DNA of 63,972 nucleotides from Paraspadella gotoi (Eukaryota; Animalia; Chaetognatha). The stretch is taken from positions 368,443 through 432,414 of the forward strand of contig CM119268.1 of the NCBI GenBank assembly GCA_051294375.1, read 5' to 3'. Positions 13,241 to 25,760 of this stretch are shown here, piece after piece. Numbering within the stretch: position 1 is the stretch's first letter; every line of letters begins with the position of its first letter. Under the pieces are notes generated by a model. That model did no database searches. It worked only from the letters and a program-made list of their open reading frames with translations, and had not been told where the DNA came from. The translations under genes were made by a program, and so were the position numbers.

Positions 13241-13803
13241 AAACAAGTGTGAGCAAACAATGCCGGATCTGCCCTCGATAGGATTAATTAATTAATTTTT
13301 TTTATTCATGTCAAAATCGTTTTCCACTTTATTTCGCCTCTCAATCACAAAACAACAATCTCGATCACAAAATTATTAATTAATTAATTACAAAAAATTA
13401 ATAATTAATTAATTATTTATTTAATAATAATTAATTAATGCAGCTTGAATTTACATTTAATTTAAAAATAGGATAATCAAATAGTGAAATAGAATGTTTG
13501 TTTTTTCCATTTTAACCCATTTCCACTTGGACGATTCCATCAAAACTTTATTTCCTGCTCAATCACACACTTTCCTACCCACACTTTCATTCTAATCCTT
13601 CAATCACTTCACTAAAGTGGGATGGACGGATGGACAGACAGATGGACAGACAGACGTACAGACAGACGGATGGATGGACATCATTTTTTTTGCATAATTT
13701 ATCATATTTCAATGTTCTGACATGATATAAGTGAATGCCCGACAAGATTAGGGGGGCAGACCGACGGACAAAGTAAATTATAGAGCCGAAATCTGCTGGA
13801 AGC
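13241..13803 (-). mobile_element. HINE/DINE-1-like element, minus-strand copy
   Basis: aacaagtgtgagcaaacaatgccggatctgccc is the reverse complement of the family 3' end. (GACR)n at 13620-13680. 5' end agagccgaaatctgctggaagc. Confidence 0.8.
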
Positions 13804-13924
13804 TAAAAACAAAAACAGTAATATAAATATGTTGCGCCACAGAGATTTTTTTATCGCGAATATTTTTAGTTGATTATGAAAAATTGCAAGAAAGAATTTT
13901 TATTTCTAGGTTTTCTTGGTTTTA

Positions 13925-14968
13925 TTAGTCGGATCTGCTTTCAGCAGATCCCGGCTCTATAATTCACTTTGTCGTTCCGTCGGTCCGCCCCCTCAATCTT
14001 GTCGGGCATTCACTTATATCATGTCAGAACATTGAATTATGATAAATTATGCAAAAAAACGATGTCCGTCCGTCCGTCCGTCCGTCCGTCCCACCTTAGA
14101 AAAAAACACCAATTACTCGTGATTGGATGGATGGATTGGAATGAAATTTTGTGTGTGGGTAGGGAAGTGTGTGATTGAGCTTGTTATGAAGTTTTGATGG
14201 AATCGTCCGAGTAGAAATTAGTTTAAATGGAAAAAAACAAAAAAATATATTTCACTATTTGAACACCAATTACTCATAAATAGATGGGGCGATTGACTTG
14301 AAATTTTATATTTGGGTAGAAAAGTGTGTGATTAAACTGGAAACCAAGTTTCGATGGAATCGTAAGAGTGGAAATGAGTATAAATAGGAAAAACAAAGAA
14401 CCTGATTCACTAATTGATTATCCCTTTTTTTTCTTTTTAGTTTAAATTTAAATTTAAATGCAAGATGTATTAATTATCAAACAATTAATCAGTCAATTAA
14501 TCAATCAAAACAAACATTTCGGATGAAATTAATTAATTAATTGCCTAATTAATTAAATAATTAACTTGAATAAATAAATTATTAATTATTAAATAATTAA
14601 TGAACATGAATTAATTAATTAATTAATCATTAATTAATCAATTAATTACCGATAATGATCGTGGGCAGATCCGACATTGTTTGCTCAAACTTGTTCTTTT
14701 TATGTTAAATGTAAATGCAAGATGTATTAATTAATCAAATAATTAATCAGTCAATCAATTAAGTCAATCGTTAATGGCATTATTCTCATCGTCGTCATTG
14801 CTTTTGTCATGGTTAGTGACAAAAAGACTTAAAAACAAACATTTGGGATCAAATTACTTAATTAATTTCCTAATTAATTAATTAATTAACTTGAATTACT
14901 GAATTATCAATGAATTAATTACCGATAATGATCGTGGGCAGATCCGATATTGTTTGCTCAAACTTGTT
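13925..14968 (+). mobile_element. HINE/DINE-1-like element, best-preserved copy, with tandemly duplicated 3' end
   Basis: T-rich 5' flank; subterminal IR gtcggatctgc (13928) followed by local hairpin partner gcagatcc; (GTCC)n; two ~155 bp core units; 3' subterminal IR gcagatccgac plus hairpin gtttg-ct-caaac at ~14665-14690, and again at ~14938-14965. Confidence 0.88.
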
Positions 14969-15094
14969 CCTTTTAAGATCGGTCGTCTGCCAGATTAATT
15001 GCACATAAATTTCACTTTTACTGTTTCTGACAAATTCTTTCTCCTATTTTATTATTTTCTTAACCCTGACTGGAAATAAAACAAAAAATGTTAC

Positions 15095-15376
15095 CATGTC
15101 TATCATGGATGACGCAGATGAGAAAGACGCAAATGTCATTAAGACCCGCCTAATAACTAAGTCATTAGGACCAGTATCATTGAACTCAATGTCATTAAGT
15201 TCAGACTCATATATATGAATGTCATAAGGACCATTTTCATTGATTTTGATGTCATTAGGACCAGTCTCATTTAACTCAATGTCATTAAGACCATTATCAT
15301 TGATTTTAATGTCATTTAGACCAGTCTCATTTAATTCAATGTCATTAATGTCATTAGACGCGAATCGCGAGTTTAT
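15095..15376 (-). CDS. Candidate internal exon encoding an Asn/Asp-rich decapeptide repeat
   Basis: Strong acceptor ttgttttcttttcttcag, donor ATG|gtaaca, 282 bp, phase 0-0, open frame INSRFASNDI(NDIELNETGL-like)x6...VIRRVLMTFASFSSASSMIDM. The 30 bp units diverge by substitution only. Confidence 0.45.
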
Positions 15377-15436
15377 CTGAAGAAAAGAAAACAATTTAGT
15401 TCTCAAGAGAGCAACTCTTTCTCTCTCTCCTCATGC

Positions 15437-15488
<52 letters not shown>

Positions 15489-15565
15489 CCTCTCTCTCTT
15501 TCTCTCTCTTTTTCCTCTCTTGAGCATTTCGATCCAAATAGAATCTCCGTCCCTGAAGAGTACCG

Positions 15566-15599
<34 letters not shown>

Positions 15600-16012
15600 T
15601 CAGTCGCTTCTCGTACTTCACCTCGTTGTCTCTCGTGGTCGTCCGTCTCTCTCCTCGTTCTGCTCTCTCTCTCATTTTCATCGATTTTCTCCATTAAACA
15701 GACTTTCCTCCTCACACTCTCTCATTCTTTCTGTTATCACCATCCTTCATCCTATCTATTGTTACATCCGTTTTTAAGTTATCAGTTTTCAGTTGTCCCC
15801 TTACGAGTCAATCACCAATCACCTGTCATTGGTGATAGCTGATAGGTGATTGATCACTCTGCCAATAAACTTGTATCCATCAGTTGCAACACTCCCAAAC
15901 CAACGGAAAACCCCTTCTGAATCGTCTTCCCCTGTTCCGAGGCGAGGAATCCTTCCATGCCAAGATGTAGATGAAATCTCACTCGTCAGCTCACTTATTC
16001 ACAGACTGAGGA

Positions 16013-16097
16013 CCCTTTGTGGAAAACCCTTTGTGGAAAACCTTTTGTGGAAAACCCTTTGTGGAAAACCTTTTGAGGAAAACCCTTTGTGGAAAAT
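16013..16097. repeat. ~15 bp tandem repeat (aaaaccctttgtgga)
   Basis: 5-6 copies visible. Confidence 0.9.
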
Positions 16098-16310
16098 ATC
16101 GAGATTGTCTAAACGTTTTAAAAGTTCACGTCAAATGTTTTACCGACGATTAAAGATGATTGTAGACGTTTTAGATAAAAGTTAAAAATGCTCAATTAAA
16201 TTGCTGTAATTTAGAACTCATTTTTGTAGGCATGAAAAATATATAACCATGGAATGCAAATACATGTACGAAGTTTCAAATTTCATAAGTAAACAGTAAA
16301 GCGTAGTGAA

Positions 16311-16795
16311 AGTTGGAGATCAAAATTCAAATAGTTGTTCATGAACAGTCTTGTACTAAAGTACATTGATATATAAGAATTTTTTTAAATTTCTCAATTT
16401 TCGCATACGCCCATATTTATACATAGTACTTACCATAGAAAATGTCAACATTTTACAAAATTACAAATTCGAATTCCTCATAAAAAAGTTGATAGAAGAA
16501 AATATAAGTCTTAATCAAAAATTCTTTCATTGAGTTAGCTATAAATTAAAAAAAAATTATTATATTAAAATTAAATTATTGGTTAACTCTATCATTTTTT
16601 TTTAGGATTTTGACCCACTTAATGAAATAATTTTTACAATATTTCCTTTTTAAAATTATGTCATTTCAATGGTGAGTACTATGTATAAATATGGGCGTAT
16701 GCAAAAATCGAAAAATTAAAAATAATTTTTTTTATTTAAAAAAGTTTGTAGGTACAGGCCTGCTCATAATCTATTATTCGAATTTTGATTCAACT
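16311..16795. mobile_element. Older palindromic MITE with degenerate long TIRs
   Basis: gcatacgcccatatttatacatagtacttaccat (~16403-16436) is inverted at atggtgagtactatgtataaatatgggcgtatgc (~16669-16702). Outer matches atcaaaattcaaata / tattcgaattttgat. Confidence 0.7.
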
Positions 16796-17129
16796 TGATT
16801 TAAATATTTTTGCTTTAGTAAAGAGATTTGACGTCATAAAGAGAGCTTGAATGACAATTGACAACATGATGTCAGAAGATGTCGAATTGACATTACAGAC
16901 GACGTGGACTTTGAGCTGGATCTTTTTAAAGTCCATCAAACGGCCTTTGACAAACGAACCAAAGTGGCGTAGATGGTAACTTCCACGGCCTTTGACAATA
17001 AACGTCACAAGTTCGAGACTCAATGTACACCTTTCCCTATTCTCGCCACTCTTTCTCCTTCCTTCTATCAAATTGTTGATTTCGTTGAATAATATAGACT
17101 CGTCCCAGTCGGAGTCGCGATCGGAGTCG
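16790..17129 (-). CDS. Possible coding segment of unknown identity
   Basis: Normal-complexity open frame DSDRDSDWDESILFNEINNLIEGRRK...VHVVCNVNSTSSDIMLSIVIQALFMTSNLFTK after possible acceptor ctctaacag. It ends at the MITE boundary. No family recognised. Confidence 0.25.
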
Positions 17130-17395
17130 CTGTTAGAGTTGAGGTCGGAGTCATGGGAGTTGCAATCAGGGTTGGAAAGTTGGAGTCGGAGTTGCAGTCA
17201 GAGTCGCTGTTAGAGTTGAGGTCGGAGTCATGGGAGTGGCAATCAGGGTTGGAAAGTTGGAGTCGGAGTTGCAGTCAGAGTCGCAGTTTGAGTTGAAGAC
17301 GCAGTTTTAGTCGGAGTTAAAGTTGGAATCACAGTCGGCATAAAAGTTGGAGTTGCAGTTGGAGTTGGAGTCGGAGCTGAAGCCGTAGTAGATCA
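17105..17395. repeat. GGAGTY hexamer-derived repeat containing a 77 bp tandem duplication
   Basis: gagtcgctgttagagttgagg...gttgcagtca occurs twice (17124-17277). Confidence 0.85.
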
Positions 17396-17904
17396 GAGTG
17401 ATGTAGTTTGGGTCAGAATCAATTCTCCTTCTCCTTTTGTCATCGTCAATAGTCAGATTTGGACTCGACGTCTTTTGTTTCCTCTCAGTTTCTTTTTCTT
17501 TTTTTCTTTTCTTCGTTTTCTTTCTTTTTTCTTGTTTCCTCTCTGTTTCTTTTTCTTTTTTTCTTTTCTTCGTTTTCTTTTCTTTTTTTGTTTCCTCTCA
17601 GTTTCTTTTTCTTTTTTCTTTTCTTTGTTTTCTTTTCTTTTCTTGTTTCCTCTGTTCTTTTTATTTTTTGATTTCTATGTTTTTTCTTTGTTTTGTCATT
17701 TTGAGAGTCAAAGAAGCGATGATTCTGTTTTTGTTGTTGTTGTTGCTTTTGATGTTGCTGCTTTTGTATCTCTTATTTTTTTTCCTTTTACTGTTTCGTT
17801 TGCAGTTTCTCTAGTTTTTGTTGTTGTTTTAATTTTACTGCGTCTTTTTTTTTCAACGAAAAAATTGGTGACGTCACAAGCGCCATAATCAAAACATCTG
17901 AGAA

Positions 17905-18251
17905 AGAAGTTTGAGCAAACAATGTCGGATCTGTCCACGATCATTATCGGTAATTAATTAATAATTTAATCAATTAATTAGATATAATTAATTAATTCTA
18001 ATTAATTAATTAATTAGGCAATTAATTAATTGTATCCAAAATATTTATTTTGATTGTTTAATTGCCTGAATAATGAATTATTGATTAATTAATTGACTAA
18101 TTGATTGATTAACTGATTAATTATTTTATTAATTATTACATCTTACATTTACAATAATAAATAAAGAAAAAGTAGCATAATAAATTAGTGAAACAGGACC
18201 GACAAAGTGAATTATAGAGTCGGGATCTTCTGAAAGCAGATCCGACTAAAA
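17905..18251 (-). mobile_element. Internally deleted HINE/DINE-1-like copy with both termini
   Basis: aagtttgagcaaacaatgtcggatctg at the left and gagtcgggatcttctgaaagcagatccgactaaaa at the right. The microsatellite and core unit are missing. Confidence 0.82.
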
Positions 18252-19554
18252 AGTCACTTGGAAAAATCATCTGAAGTGAAAATAGAGAAGAAAAAAAAGG
18301 CGAGCTAATCATGAGTAACTGAGTGAATGAGTGAGTGAGTGAATGAGTGAATGAGTAACTGAGTGAATGAGTGAATGAGTGAGTGAGTGAATGAGTAACT
18401 GAGTGAGTGAGTGAGTGAGTGAATGAGTGAGTAGGTAAGTGAGTGAATGAGTTAGTGGGTTAGTCATCGACGGTTCAATCAAGGATTTATCCTTTAATTT
18501 TTTCTCTTGAATTTTTTTTAGGTGTTTTTTAAGTTGAGTTTGTAGTCTCAAGTTGACTCGAGAAGAAAAGAATCAGAAAATAAAAGAGAGAAATCACGCA
18601 TCTCATTGAACTTAAAGAAATCCTTTTTCAGAGGATGTCCTCTCTCTCTCTCTCTCTTTTCTTTCTCTCTCTCCCTCTCTCTCTTTTCTTTCTCTCTCTC
18701 ACTTCAACTCCCTCTTCCTTTTTCGTTGTTTTGCCACCTCGGATTCCTCTCATGTGATTACGTCTTCTATTTTCGCCTTTTTCGTTTTTCTTTTCTTCTT
18801 TTCTTTTCTTTTTTTTCTTTTCTTTTCTCTTCTTTTTTATTTTTCCTCCAATTTTTCTCTTCTTTCTCTTTTTTCTTTCATATTTTCTCTTCTTTTTCCT
18901 TTTTTCTCAACTTTTTCTTTTTTTTCCTTTTTCCTCCATTTTTTCTCTTTTTTACCCTTTTCCTCTACTTTTTCTCTTCTTTTTCCTTTTACTTCCAATT
19001 TTTCTCTTTTTTTTTATTTTCATCCACTTTTTCTCTTTTTTTCCTCAAATTTTTCTCTTCTTTTTCTTTTTCCTCCCCTTTTTCCTCCCCTTTTTCTCTT
19101 CTTTTTCCTTTTTCCTCCACTTTTTCTCTTCTTTTTCCTGTTTCCTTCACTTTTTCTTTTCTTTTTTATTTTTCTTCCATTTTTTCTCTTTTTTTTCTTT
19201 TTTCCTTCACTTTTTCTCTTCTTTTTTCTTTTTCCTCCATTTTTCTCTTCTTTTTTTTTCTTCACTTTTTTCTTTTTCTTCCACTTTTTCTTTTTTCCTC
19301 CAATTTTTCCTTTATCCTTCACCCTTTCTCTTCTTTTTCCTTTTTCTTCCATTTTTTTCCTTTTACCTCCACTTTTCCCTTCTTTTTCTTTTTTCCTCCA
19401 CTTTTTTTCTTTTTCCTCCACTTATTCTCTTTTTTTTCCTTTTACTTTCCTCCTCAGCTTTGCCTCTCATTCTTAATTCCTTTTCTTTTGGTTTTTCGTC
19501 ACCAAAAGATCGAAAGGTGATGACAGGAGAAGAATCTCTGCTTTGGCTGAGCTC

Positions 19555-20370
19555 AAAACATTGCATACCATTAGCCCAAACATTGCAGTGCTATTGCCAT
19601 AACATTGCATATATCAGCTCTAATTTTGCAGTGCCTTAGCCTTAACATTAAATACAATTAGCCCGAACATTTCAATGCCTTAGCAATAACGTTAAATACC
19701 ATTAGCACAAATATTACAAATATTCACTATAACATTTATTACCATTAGCTTAAACATTACAGTGCCTTAGCCATAATGATAACATTTCATTGCCTTAACC
19801 ATAACGTTTAATACCATTAGCCAAAGCATTCCTGTTCCTTAGCCATAACATTAAATACCATTAGCCCAAACATTTCAATGCCTTCGCCATAACGTTAAAT
19901 ACCATTAGCCCAAACATTACATAATGATAACATTTCAGTGCTTTAGCCATTAAATTGTATATATTATTAGGACGAACAAAACATAGCATATATTGCATGA
20001 GCTATTCCTTCGTCAAAAATTAATTACCAATAGCCCAAATATTGCATTGACTTAACCAAACATCAAATACCATCAGTTCAAACAATAGCTTGCCTTACCC
20101 AAATCTTTGAATACCTTTAACCCAAACATTTCATTACCCCAGCGATATCATTTCATGCTGTAAGCCAAAACATTGTACAGCTTTATCCCAGACCTTCCAT
20201 AACTTCAGCGAAATACATTACATTATTTAGCTCCTAAAATTTTTACTGCTTCATCTCAGTTGCTAAAAAAATATTGTTACTTTTTTTTAGTTTTGATTTA
20301 CGAATATTTATCTTTAAAAAGGAATTCTTTACAATACCATTAGCCCAAAAATTACTGTGCCTTAGACATA
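19555..20370. repeat. Degenerate ~21-22 bp minisatellite
   Basis: Alternating taccattagcccaaacatt / cagtgccttagccataacatt units. Confidence 0.8.
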
Positions 20371-20404
20371 GAATTAAACAACATAAACATACAACTTGAT
20401 TTTT

Positions 20405-20635
20405 AGGAAAGCCAGGTACTCTGTTAAAAACATTAATAAATTTTGAAGATTATTGTAAGTCAATATATTTTATAGGACATAAAATTTAACTTTGTGAGTG
20501 GATAAATGAAATTTTGATTTGAAATATTTTCAGAGTGATGGAGGCTTTAAAACGCCATAACCCGTTCAAAGTCAGGGGAAAGATAGCTTATTTATTAAAT
20601 TAATGAACAATCTTTATTTTGATTGTACCCATTTA
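20405..20635 (+). repeat. Diverged copy of dispersed coding-like repeat (GKPGTL...SDGGxKxPxPxQSQGxDSxFIK)
   Basis: Shares ggaaagccaggtactctg and gagtgatggaggc...caaagtcagggg.aagatagc with 25545-25760 and 43403-43615. Has an in-frame stop. Confidence 0.7.
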
Positions 20636-22180
20636 ATATCAACATGTAGTTTTCTAGAACCAAATTCAGACTCTTTAGTTTCGCCTTCTCCCTCTTTTTT
20701 TTCCATTGTCACTGACGGCCATTATTCCAAGGCTTTCTTTGCCCTCGAGGCAGCAGGGGTCTCGAGGGGCCAACCTTGGCGACTCTTTTTGACCTTTTTC
20801 TGACCTTTTCTGACCTTTTTCTGACCCTTTTCTGACCTTTTTTGACCCTTTTTTTCTCAACCCTCGACCGAGAAGCGACCTTTGCTACGTTTCTCGTATC
20901 TTGTTTTGATTCGATTCGCATCGAAACATTTTCATTCTTTTTCGTTTTATTTGTTTTTTTTTATATTTAATTTGTTTCTTTTGTTTTGATTTTTTGTTTT
21001 TTCTGTTTTTTTTTGTATGGTTTGTTATGATTGATTTTTTTTCTGTTAACTTATTTCATTGTTTTATAACAATGTTTGCAAAGATTAATTAAAAATTAAA
21101 AGAAGTTAAATCTAAATTACTGTTTACCTCTCATCTTCCCCCTCTCTCTCTCACTCTGCTCTCTCCTCTCATCTCCTTCTCTCCTCCTCGTCTCTCCTCT
21201 TCCTCTCTCTCTCTCTCTTTCCCCCTTCTGCTTTATTGCTTCGATATAATAATCGTTAAGGGAAAATCTTTAATTCGATTTGGAACCAAATCTTTGAAAC
21301 TTTTGACTAAAATTTTACGGTCGTCGTCGTCGTCGTCGTCGTCGTCGTCTAATTCATTGAGAAAATGGAAATGTCTCGTTTCGAGTCTGCTCACAGTGCT
21401 CAGTATGCTCAGTATGCTCAGTATGCTCAGTCTGCACAGTCTGCTCAGTCTGCTCACAGTGCTCAGTATTCCGGTTCATATCAATGGTCAATATTTTGAC
21501 TTCCGCTGATTAGTGCCGTTTCATATCAAGGTTCAAACCCGTTTTTTTGAAAAGCATTATTTTCATAGTTCTGTACTAAACTTAGAATATAAACTTATTA
21601 TAAACTTATATATAAACTTACTTATATATAAACTTATTATATATATATAATATAAACTTTGAAACTCGAGCATCTCTCGTTTTTCCTTCCTTAAAACTCA
21701 CGTTAATTCCTTTGGACGGGCGAAGCCGTGAATCTTAGACTTCACGAGCGGGAAATAGAAAAAATATTTCGTCGTCGTCGTTGTTGTCGTCGTCGTCGTC
21801 GTTTTCGCTTCAATTTAAATTAAAACTGAAATTAAAAATTTTATGACTCATGATTTTATTTGAAACGAGACTTAAAGATTTAAAGGATTAAAGATTTAAT
21901 GGTTAAAATATTTAAAGATTTAAAGATTTAAAATTTAATGATTAAAAGATTTAAATATTTATTTATTTAAAAGTTGAAAGATTTAAAGATTTAAAGGTTT
22001 AAAGATTTAAAATGTAAAGATTAAATGATTTATGATTTAAAAATTCAACTTTCCAATCGAGTTAATAAGTTGGTGCAATCACGTGACGAGTGATAAACAA
22101 TTGTTCATAAACGTAACTCACAGCTGTTGTTGTCGTTGTTGTTGTTGTTGTTTTTATTTTTTGTTGTTGTTATTTTCCAA

Positions 22181-23059
22181 TTAAATGCGAATCGGACATC
22201 AAAAGGAGGAGGAGGAAGAGGAGGAGGGAAGAGGCAGGAAAGAGAGGAGAAAAAGAAGAGGAGGAGAAGGAAAAGAGAGGAGGAAGAGGATATGAGAAGG
22301 AGGATGAGAGATAGAAGAGCAAGAGAAAAAAAGAGAAAGAGAAGAGGAATAGGAGGAGAATGAGAGGGAGATGATGGAAAGGAGGAGAGGAGAGGAGGAG
22401 CAAGAGGAGAGGCTGAGGGAGAGGAAGAAGAGTAAATCAAGCGAAAAAAGAAGAAAAGAAAAGGAAGATAGTAAACTCTCTCATAAAAGAAGAAACAAGA
22501 TTTGAATTTTTGCAGAAAAGTTAAAAAATTTGACAGTTCAATATTTATTCGTTCATTTAAATATGACTATTTTAAATATCCAAAAAAACTTAATCAGAAA
22601 TTAAAACATGTATTATAAAGGTATGAATTACAGAAATCTCAAAATTTAAAAAAAATTGTGTTAAAATACTGAATCCTATATATCATAACAAAGAACAGAA
22701 GAGAGAATGAAGCAAAGAAAATAATTCTCGCTGCCAAAGAATCGTTGAAGGATATTGCCAAGAAACCGTGATTGAAAAAAAAAGAATAAAAAAAAAAGTA
22801 GACAGAAAAAAGAAGAGAAAAAAAAGAAGAAAGAGAAATAGAGAGAAGAAAGAGAGAGCGAGAGAGAGAGAGAGAGAGAGAGAGGAGGGAGAGAGAGACA
22901 GGATGGAGAGAGATAAGAGAGAGAACAGAGAGAGAGAGAGAGAGAGAGAGAGTGTGTAGTTACTCGTGAAACTACATTAATAGAAATGACTTCCTCACGT
23001 CTTTCTTGTTTAAACACTTGAAGACGAAGTTGTANNNNNNNNNNNNNNNNNNNNNNNNN

Positions 23060-23092
<33 letters not shown>

Positions 23093-23333
23093 CTTTGTTA
23101 ATGATATACCTAGGATTCCTAGTAATTTTAACCACAATTTTTTTTAAATTTTGAGATTTGTAAATTCATACTTTTATAAATACAAATGTTTTAACTTTCG
23201 ATTCAAACGTTTTTTGATATTTAAAAATATGTCGATATTTAAATGAAGAATAAATATTGACTGTCAATTATTTTACACTTTTGCAAAATTCAAATCTTGT
23301 TTCTTCCTTTTATGAGAGAGTTTATCTATCCTC

Positions 23334-23366
<33 letters not shown>

Positions 23367-23641
23367 TTCCTCTTCTTCCTCCTCCTCAGCCTCCTCCTCT
23401 TGCTCCTCCTCTTCCCTCTCCTCCTTCTCCTCATTCTCCCCTCCTCATTCTCCTCCTATTCCTCTTCCTCTTTCTCTTTTTTTTCTCTTGCTCTTCCTCA
23501 TCCTCCTCATCCTCCTCCTCATACTCCTCTTCCTCCTCCTCTTCCTTCTCCTCCTCCTTCTTCTTTTTCTCCTCCTCTTCCTCCTCCTCTTCCTCCTCCT
23601 CTTCCTCCTCCTCCTTTTTCGATGTCCGATTCGCATTTAAA
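22181..23641. repeat. Inverted duplication (22181-22705 vs 23080-23641) across a 25-N gap
   Basis: ttaaatgcgaatcggacatc...aacaaagaacag is the reverse complement of ctgttctttgtt...gatgtccgattcgcatttaa. The differences are indel-rich. Confidence 0.8.
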
Positions 23642-25151
23642 TTTTTTTTCGAATTCTCGGCCGCAACAGCCAAAGTGTAGCAACCTCTCTTCTGTAACAG
23701 ACTATACGATGCAAACTGACTGAATAAACTCAGCTGTTGCAATCTATCTCTAGCAAACTGAAACTGAAGCAACCGCGGTAGAACCATAAGAAAGCAATAA
23801 AGCATATTGCACCGAAGCAAATAAAGCAACATCGCTCTAAACATCGATTTTCTTTCCTTCACTTTAATTCCTTCACATTTATTTTCTCTCACGTCTTCGA
23901 TATGTCTATTGATTTTTTATTTCTCCTTCTCTCCTTCTTTTCTCCTTCTCCCTTCTCCCCCTCTCTTTCTTCTTTCCTCCTTTCCCTTTCCTCCTCTCTC
24001 CTTCTTTCCTCCCTCTCTCCTTCTATCCTCCTTTCCTTCTCCCTCTCTATTTCCTCCCTTCCTCTCTCTTTCCTCCCTCGCCTCTTCTCTCCTTTTCTCC
24101 TTCTCTTTCTGCGCTCGTATCTCGCCACTCCTTCATTTCAGAGGAACCCATTCGTTGTTAATGTTTCTGAAGTAANNNNNNNNNNNNNNNNNNNNNNNNN
24201 ATAACTCCTCCTATCTTCTTTTTCTCCTCCTCTTCCTCCTCTCTTCCTCCTCCTCTTCCTCCTCCTCCTTTCGATGTCCGATTCGCATTTAAATTTTTTT
24301 TCGCAATTTCTCGCCGCCAACACGTCCAAGTGTTAGCAAACCTCGCCTTCATGTAACAGAACTATACGATGCAAAACTGACCTTGAATTTAAACCTTCCA
24401 GCTTTGCAATTCTACTCTTAGCAAACTGAACACTGATCCAGCAACCGCGGTAGAACCATATAAGAGAAGCTAATAAGACACCTATCATAGCACCGAACGA
24501 CAAAATAAAGCCCAACATCGCTCTAAACATCGATCTGTTCTAAATTCCTTCATCTTTTAATTCCTTCCACATTTATTTTCTTCACACGCTCTTCGACTTT
24601 GTCTATTATTTTTCTATATTCTCCTTCTTCCTTCTTTTCTGCTCTTCTCTTCTCCCCTTCCTTCGCTCTCCTCCTTCTCCCCTTTCCCTCTCTTCTCCTC
24701 TTTCCTTCTTTCCTCCCTCTTCTCACTTTACGTTTTCTTCATTCTCCCTCTCTCGACCCTCTCCTTTCTTCCTTCCTCCCTCTTCCCATTTCCTACTCTC
24801 TCTCTCTCTTGCTTTACATACCTCCTCTCTCCTTCTTTTCTCCTTCTCCCTTCTCCCCCCTTCTTCTTCTTTCCTCCTTTCCTTTCCTCCTCCTCTCCTT
24901 CTTTCTCCCTCTTTCCTTCTGTTCTCCTTCTCCCTTCTCCCCCTCTCACTTCTTCTTGCTCCTTCCTTTCTCCTCTCATCTTCTTTCCTCCCTCTCTCTT
25001 CTATCCTCCTTTCCTTCTCCCTCTCTATATTTCTCCCTTTCTCTCTCTTCCTCCTCGCCTTCTTCTCTCCTTTCTTCCTTCTCTTTCTCGCTCGTTATCT
25101 CGGCCACTCCTTCATCAGAGGAACCCATTCGTGTTAATGTTTCTGAAGTAA
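23560..25151. other. Apparent tandem duplication (23560-24175 vs 24201-25151), likely gap-fill artefact
   Basis: The same unique sequence lies on both sides of a 25-N gap (24176-24200). The second copy has dense single-base insertions. Confidence 0.8.
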
Positions 25152-25203
<52 letters not shown>

Positions 25204-25472
25204 CTCTCCTCTCTCTTCTCTCTCTCCTCTCTTTCTTCTCTCTCTCCTTTTTAAAGAGGACTCGAGAAAGCGAAGATTTTCTTTTTCACTAATTTCGAAC
25301 CACAAGGTTGAAACGAAGCGAAGGAATTTCATTTTCGGAAATTTCGATGCAACCTTTCTTCTGTTTCACTCTCTTCTCTCTTCTCTTTCTGACTCTCTGT
25401 CTCTTTCTCTCTCTCTCTCTCTCTCTGCTCCTCTCTCTCTCTCTCTCTATCTCTCTCTCTTTCTCTCTCACT

Positions 25473-25528
<56 letters not shown>

Positions 25529-25544
25529 CTACTCCAATACTCAG

Positions 25545-25760
25545 TACAACCAAAACAAAAATTATCTATTCATTTAATATGTAAGCTATCTTGCCCCTGA
25601 CTTTGGACAGGCCTTGGTGGTTTAAGGCCTCCATCACTCTTACAATAAAATGACATAGCAGATCCCTGCAAGCTTTCAATCAAGAATCTCTCACAGTCTC
25701 GTTTATTCACTCCCAGAGTACCTGGCTTCCCTATCAATGAAGTGGCATAATATTTCCAAA
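25545..25760 (-). repeat. Dispersed coding-like repeat fragment (possible decayed transposon ORF)
   Basis: KYYATSLIGKPGTLGVNKRDCERFLIESLQGSAMSFYCKSDGGLKPPRPVQSQGQDSLHIK aligns without gaps to the peptide at 43403-43606. Confidence 0.75.

Noticed and set aside
15881-15980. Minus-strand RGRRFRRGFPLVWECCN, reminiscent of an insulin-like A-chain start
   Set aside because: A stop follows CCN immediately, with no donor site and no remaining cysteines.
18606-19520. Long F/S/L-rich ORFs (also 7302, 24599, 34399, 39171, 58250) and RE-rich ORFs
   Set aside because: Polypyrimidine/(CT)n tracts lack stop codons by composition and are open in several frames at once.
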